Origin: Phallusia mammillata
Taxonomy: Eukaryota
Direction: 5' to 3'
NCBI GenBank assembly: GCA_965637545.1
Contig: OZ281497.1
Location: forward strand, 24,118,001 to 24,182,000
Length of the DNA: 64,000 nt
In this document: piece after piece, positions 59,683 to 64,000 of the stretch
How positions within the stretch are numbered: position 1 is the first letter of the stretch
Layout of the letters: each line of letters opens with the position of its first letter
Notes under the pieces: generated by a model
What the model was told of the DNA's origin: nothing
What the model saw: only the letters and a program-made list of their open reading frames with translations
The model's database searches: none
Made by a program: the position numbers and the translations under genes

Positions 59683-62110
59683 TTACATATTGCGACAAAA
59701 AACCGTTGTGAGCAGGAGAAATAAATTTCCGAAGTGCAACCTGTTTGCATGGCAACGCAAACCATTCTGTTCAGCGTACTCTGCTGCAACCTGGAGAAAA
59801 TTAAATCAAATAAATGATGATAGGTTAAAAAACAAGTAAAAAATACCTGGTCATTTGGATTTACATCTGTATCGAACCAAAATACCAATCTAGTTTGACC
59901 GTTTTCAACAACTTTATATTCTCCAGGATAAAGGTTTTCACACATCGTGACTGCATTTGCGAAGTATTGGGAAAATTTTCTACAAACTGAACCTGACTTG
60001 CAAACGTTAATACCTGCAAAAGAGGCAAAATGAAAGTAAAATTGTCTGGAATCTTCTCTATTAAATCATGGGTTTATATCTGGGTGATTCTCTAGTATAT
60101 ATGAGTGAAATTGTGTGAACAATTTTTCATTTGCTAATATTTGAAATCAAATTTTGCACAAGTGCTAACGGTTAGGGAGACTAGGGTGCTCTTTACGCCA
60201 TCTATCAGTATTTTTCAATGTGTTTGGTCTAAACAATGCAGCTGGTCTATCTATCTATCTCTCGTCACCAGCTGAATTGTTGAGACCTAATAGGTCGACA
60301 ATATATACTGTCTGTATAGGTTAAAGTTAAATGTTTTTTTTTATTATTATGCCGCAGACAGTGTAACTTACGATGTTTCGATCTATAAAGGCTCATAAGT
60401 GCAGCAGATTCTACGAGGGCCTACTCTAGCCATCTTATATCAGAGTTTGTTGGAAGACATTAAGTCATTTTTAACTTTTTAAATAAAACATTATTTTGAA
60501 GGTAATATCACTAAAAGTAAGTTATGGATAGCAGAATTAAACACCGGAGCGGGTTAATTTATATTTTCCAACGTACTCATGTATAGTTGTTATTCAAGTC
60601 TTTAATGCATTTTTACCAGTGCTCCAATCCCATCCACTGCTCCAATCATCCGTGCATGTATAATCATCTTTACAATCTTCATACCAGGCATTGCAAGTTT
60701 CAGCTGACAATGGCATGTTGCGAGGCTTCTGCCTTGTGGAATTGGGAAGCTTACAAAAATAGTATAGAATTTCAAAAATATAAAACCACCAACAATCTAT
60801 TACAGTTTTTCCATCCACCTATATGTGTAGCCAAAATTGATTAGAAAGGTTTTAAACCCAAACTTAAAAGAAAAAAGAAGTATTAAAAGCAGGGGTGCAC
60901 AACTGCAATTTAATCAATATCTTTTTTTGCATACCTTCTTCTCCATAGAATGTTCAAGTAATTAAATATATTATGTAACTAAGTTATTTCAAACATTAAG
61001 CGCAAAGTCATCGCATAAAACCCTGTAGGTTTGCGATCCCAGTTTGGGAAGCAGTGACATAAAGCAGTATCAATTGCAAAGACAAACGAACATTAAAATC
61101 CATAATGCTAGGATTTGCAAGCGGCCTTGAAATAAAAATGAGTCCTAACCTTTTTTTAATCAGGCCTGTAAGTCAGTAAAAATGCGGCAAAGATAATACC
61201 GAGATTATAGTAGTGAGATCGGATTCAAGCCTGGTTTGTTGAAATCCTAGTCCAAACCTGACCAAGAAGCCGGCCAGACTTGCTGGTCTTAACTTAATTC
61301 ATAGAGAAGGGTGGGATTCAAACCGACAACCCTATCACTTACGTTCTCAATCCACGGTCCAATGTTAGGTGAGCAGTGAAAGAAACAATCCTGCTCCTTA
61401 AATCGCTCCCTACATTGTGACGACATGTTCTTTTCAGCGGGACAGTGGTTGTACACCAAGTTGTATAAAGCACCCGGACCCTCTAAATGGATTTTGTAGG
61501 CTGTCTCGTTTGTGCAACACGATCTGCTTTGAAAAGCCGAGCACTGTCAAAAAAGATAAATATGTCTTTCAGGAGTTCTCCTTATTTCTGTTCAACAAAT
61601 TGCACAGAAAACGTTTTTAGATAAAGAATGAGTGATGGTATCAAATATTTACCTCTTGTATTTTCAAAGTCATGGTACGCATACACTGAAGGTATGTGAT
61701 TAAATATGCAATATTTGTTCAGTAAGGTCCAAAAAATAACTGATTGCTTTCAAGGTGCACAAATAGCGTTTTCCATAACTTATACAAAACGAAGGAACGC
61801 GACACACGTAATTGAAAAGTAATTTTTTAAAAGACTATTGACAAAGAGATTGTGTTGAATAGATTTTAGTATATACGCGTTTATTTAAGTAGGTTCTATT
61901 TTTAAAAAAAAGGCCCTTACAGTACTGTCTAATTAAAAAGGTAATACACGTGCATTGCCTGTTTACCTTATTGAACAGACCGCCACTTTCCGGACTAGGC
62001 TTGTCTTTGTAAACTTCTGAATTCAGGCATAAATCGCATACATCCTCATCAGCTATGGCAAACACCGAAAGCACAATTAGGAAATAAACTACATACGATT
62101 TTGCTTTCAT
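59683..62110 (-). CDS. folate-receptor/riboflavin-binding-protein family protein, 250 aa, intact, divergent paralog
   Basis: Exons 61967-62110, 61343-61543 (CSAFQSRSCC..CFFHCSPNIGPW), 60617-60749 (MPLS..DWSSGWDWSTG), 59847-60013 and 59683-59790. The frame is open. Confidence 0.92.
60890..61037. mobile_element. degenerate hAT-like MITE
   Basis: CAGGGGTGCACAACTG .. CAGTTTGGGAAGCAGTG imperfect termini. Confidence 0.4.
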
Positions 62111-63017
62111 TTTGAAATCTTCTGTCCAAAATCAGACAAAAGTTATTAACCAACGCCTTTGTAAAAATCGTTTAACCCTAAATTTTAAACTCTAGTATCG
62201 CGAAGCAGAATCTACCAATAAAGATCAGAGGGGTATATTGGAAAAAGTAGGACACCAAAGTAAACGATTAAAAAAATCCACAGCGGCTTTTATATATTTT
62301 TTGTTTTCCTATTTTTTAATACAGCTACCAACCTCGACCCCAATACAAATACTCTCAGTGTCCACTAAACCGCTAATCTATTTGCTTTCTAAGTGTTTGG
62401 TAGCTGTGATTATCACATGTACTTTGACCACAACATGTTGGTTAATAAGTAGCTTAAGTAGCTAGCAAATAACTTACTTTGGGGGTAGCCTAATTAAATT
62501 ACTTTGTGACAAAGTATGTTGTACCTACAGGAATCTGTTTGTAAAGCCGAAAATCTCTTGAACTGCACGACTTTGCTTACCAATTGAAAAGTTGAAAAAC
62601 GCATTTTTGCCTGTGCATGAAGTTAACTCAACTAAATCGTGGAGAAAAATGACTCAAATCAAAAATCAACAAGGTATAGCTCCAGAATCAATAGAACCTT
62701 CCTAAGTCAACAAGTTATTGTAAAGTTTTGCTTGCAGCAAATTTATTCCAGACTTCTGCATTTAGCGACAAGAAACGGTTACAGCAGCAACGTGTTAAAC
62801 GAAACAATGTACAAACTGGTAAAATTTAGGACATAAGCTTAACCGAGTAATATTATCACAAACAAAATTGTCTTTTCCCGAGAGTTTGTGTGTAGTGAAT
62901 ACCCTTGTGAATACACAAGCACGTTGCAACAACCGCTGTGTCAACAGCAGAGCCTCAGCATGGTCGGTCTTATACACAAGATCTGTATGTGGGTATTTGT
63001 TTACAAACATTTACTTT

Positions 63018-63265
63018 ACACTGTAAACCAATTTGGGTAAATCGAGCGAGAGAACTTTGGGTACAGCAGCAATATACCCAAATATTTTGGGTAAACTGTT
63101 TTGTTGCCCAATGGTTTATACCCAAATTTAAGTTACCCAAACGTTTTTACCCTACTTTATTGGGTAAAAAATTCTTTACCCAAAATCGTTTGGGTAAAAT
63201 GGCATGGATACTCTACCCAAAAAAATTGGGTTGTTTGGGGAAAATGTTGGTGTTGGTACTGTAGC
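63018..63265. repeat. repeat with multiple direct and inverted TTGGGTAAA/TTTACCCAA motifs, probable DNA-transposon remnant
   Basis: At least six TGGGTA/TACCCA motifs within 250 bp. Confidence 0.45.
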
Positions 63266-64000
63266 CACAATATTGAGGTTTTTTAACTCAACTAACTCTT
63301 TTCTTTTAATGTTTGTGCTTTTTTTCAAATTGAACTGTTTTTCCGAACACTTAACGTGTTTAAAACACTTTTAGCTTGGTTTAATCTAAACTACGACCGG
63401 TTATTGGAAAATGATACCAATCGAAAATTTTTCGAAAGATCGAAAATAAAAATAATAAGAACAAACAAAAAAATCCCACGCTAAATCGCCCGCCCACTGG
63501 GCTTAAAATTGCGTCATGCTTGGCTGACCGCCTGCGATCAACTGCCAAACAAAAAGTGCGGGAATCTTAACTCCCTTAATCCCTTGGGCTTTGCTGTTTT
63601 GCCCGTTCCTGCGTGAAAGTGCCTAAACTAGCCCTATAGAGACTAGAGAGATTGGTGCTGTACTGCTGTTGAAAGTAGAAAGTAGTGCGAAGGTTGATGG
63701 AGGAATTCAAGGTTTAACCGATTTTGTCGAAACTGTTCTTGGTGACTTGGACGTCGCACAGAAAGAGATTGATACTTGGAAGTGTACTGACCCAGTGGGT
63801 AGACAATTAAACACTCCGTGTATCTGACTCTAATAAACAAACAAACTATCACTGTCGAAACAAACCTAAAAAAACGCAAACTGGTTTAACGTTCCCCCAT
63901 TATATTTCAATAAGGCATGCCACGAAAACGCCTCTTGCGGCTAAACACGCAACACAAAAGTCACCGCGCACGAATCAACTGTGAGACATCAATTCTAATG

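Noticed and set aside
63643-63879. 78-aa ORF with a hydrophobic N-terminus
   Set aside because: It has a non-ATG start, no recognisable motif and no supporting exon structure.

Overview
AT-rich eukaryotic (metazoan) genomic DNA with GT-AG introns. An invertebrate chordate such as a tunicate is my inference and is not proven. The window has two parts. (1) About 1-42 kb is a tandem segmental-duplication array of four units. Each unit carries a minus-strand multi-exon gene for a single-pass membrane protein with a compact C-type-lectin-like domain (CTLD), a mucin-like stalk built from mini-exons, and a cytoplasmic EPxYEVP tail. Two of the intervals also carry an intact CTLD-less paralog (Ser-Gly/acidic ectodomain, homologous tail), and every unit carries orphan folate-receptor-like exons. 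(2) About 40-62 kb is a cluster of folate-receptor/riboflavin-binding-protein-family genes: two intact 5-exon genes with GPI-type tails and two pseudogenes. They have an altered ligand pocket and an apparent disulfide swap. Mobile DNA includes a young Ty3/Gypsy element with doubly nested hAT MITEs, a truncated Gypsy, a TRIM-like mini LTR element, many hAT MITEs with 8-bp TSDs, tRNA-derived SINEs and degenerate hammerhead-ribozyme motifs. There is also an unusual multimeric tRNA-containing 355-bp repeat, inserted with a 5' inversion and a 12-bp TSD. All gene models were spliced by hand, and most ORFs in the supplied track are not real genes.
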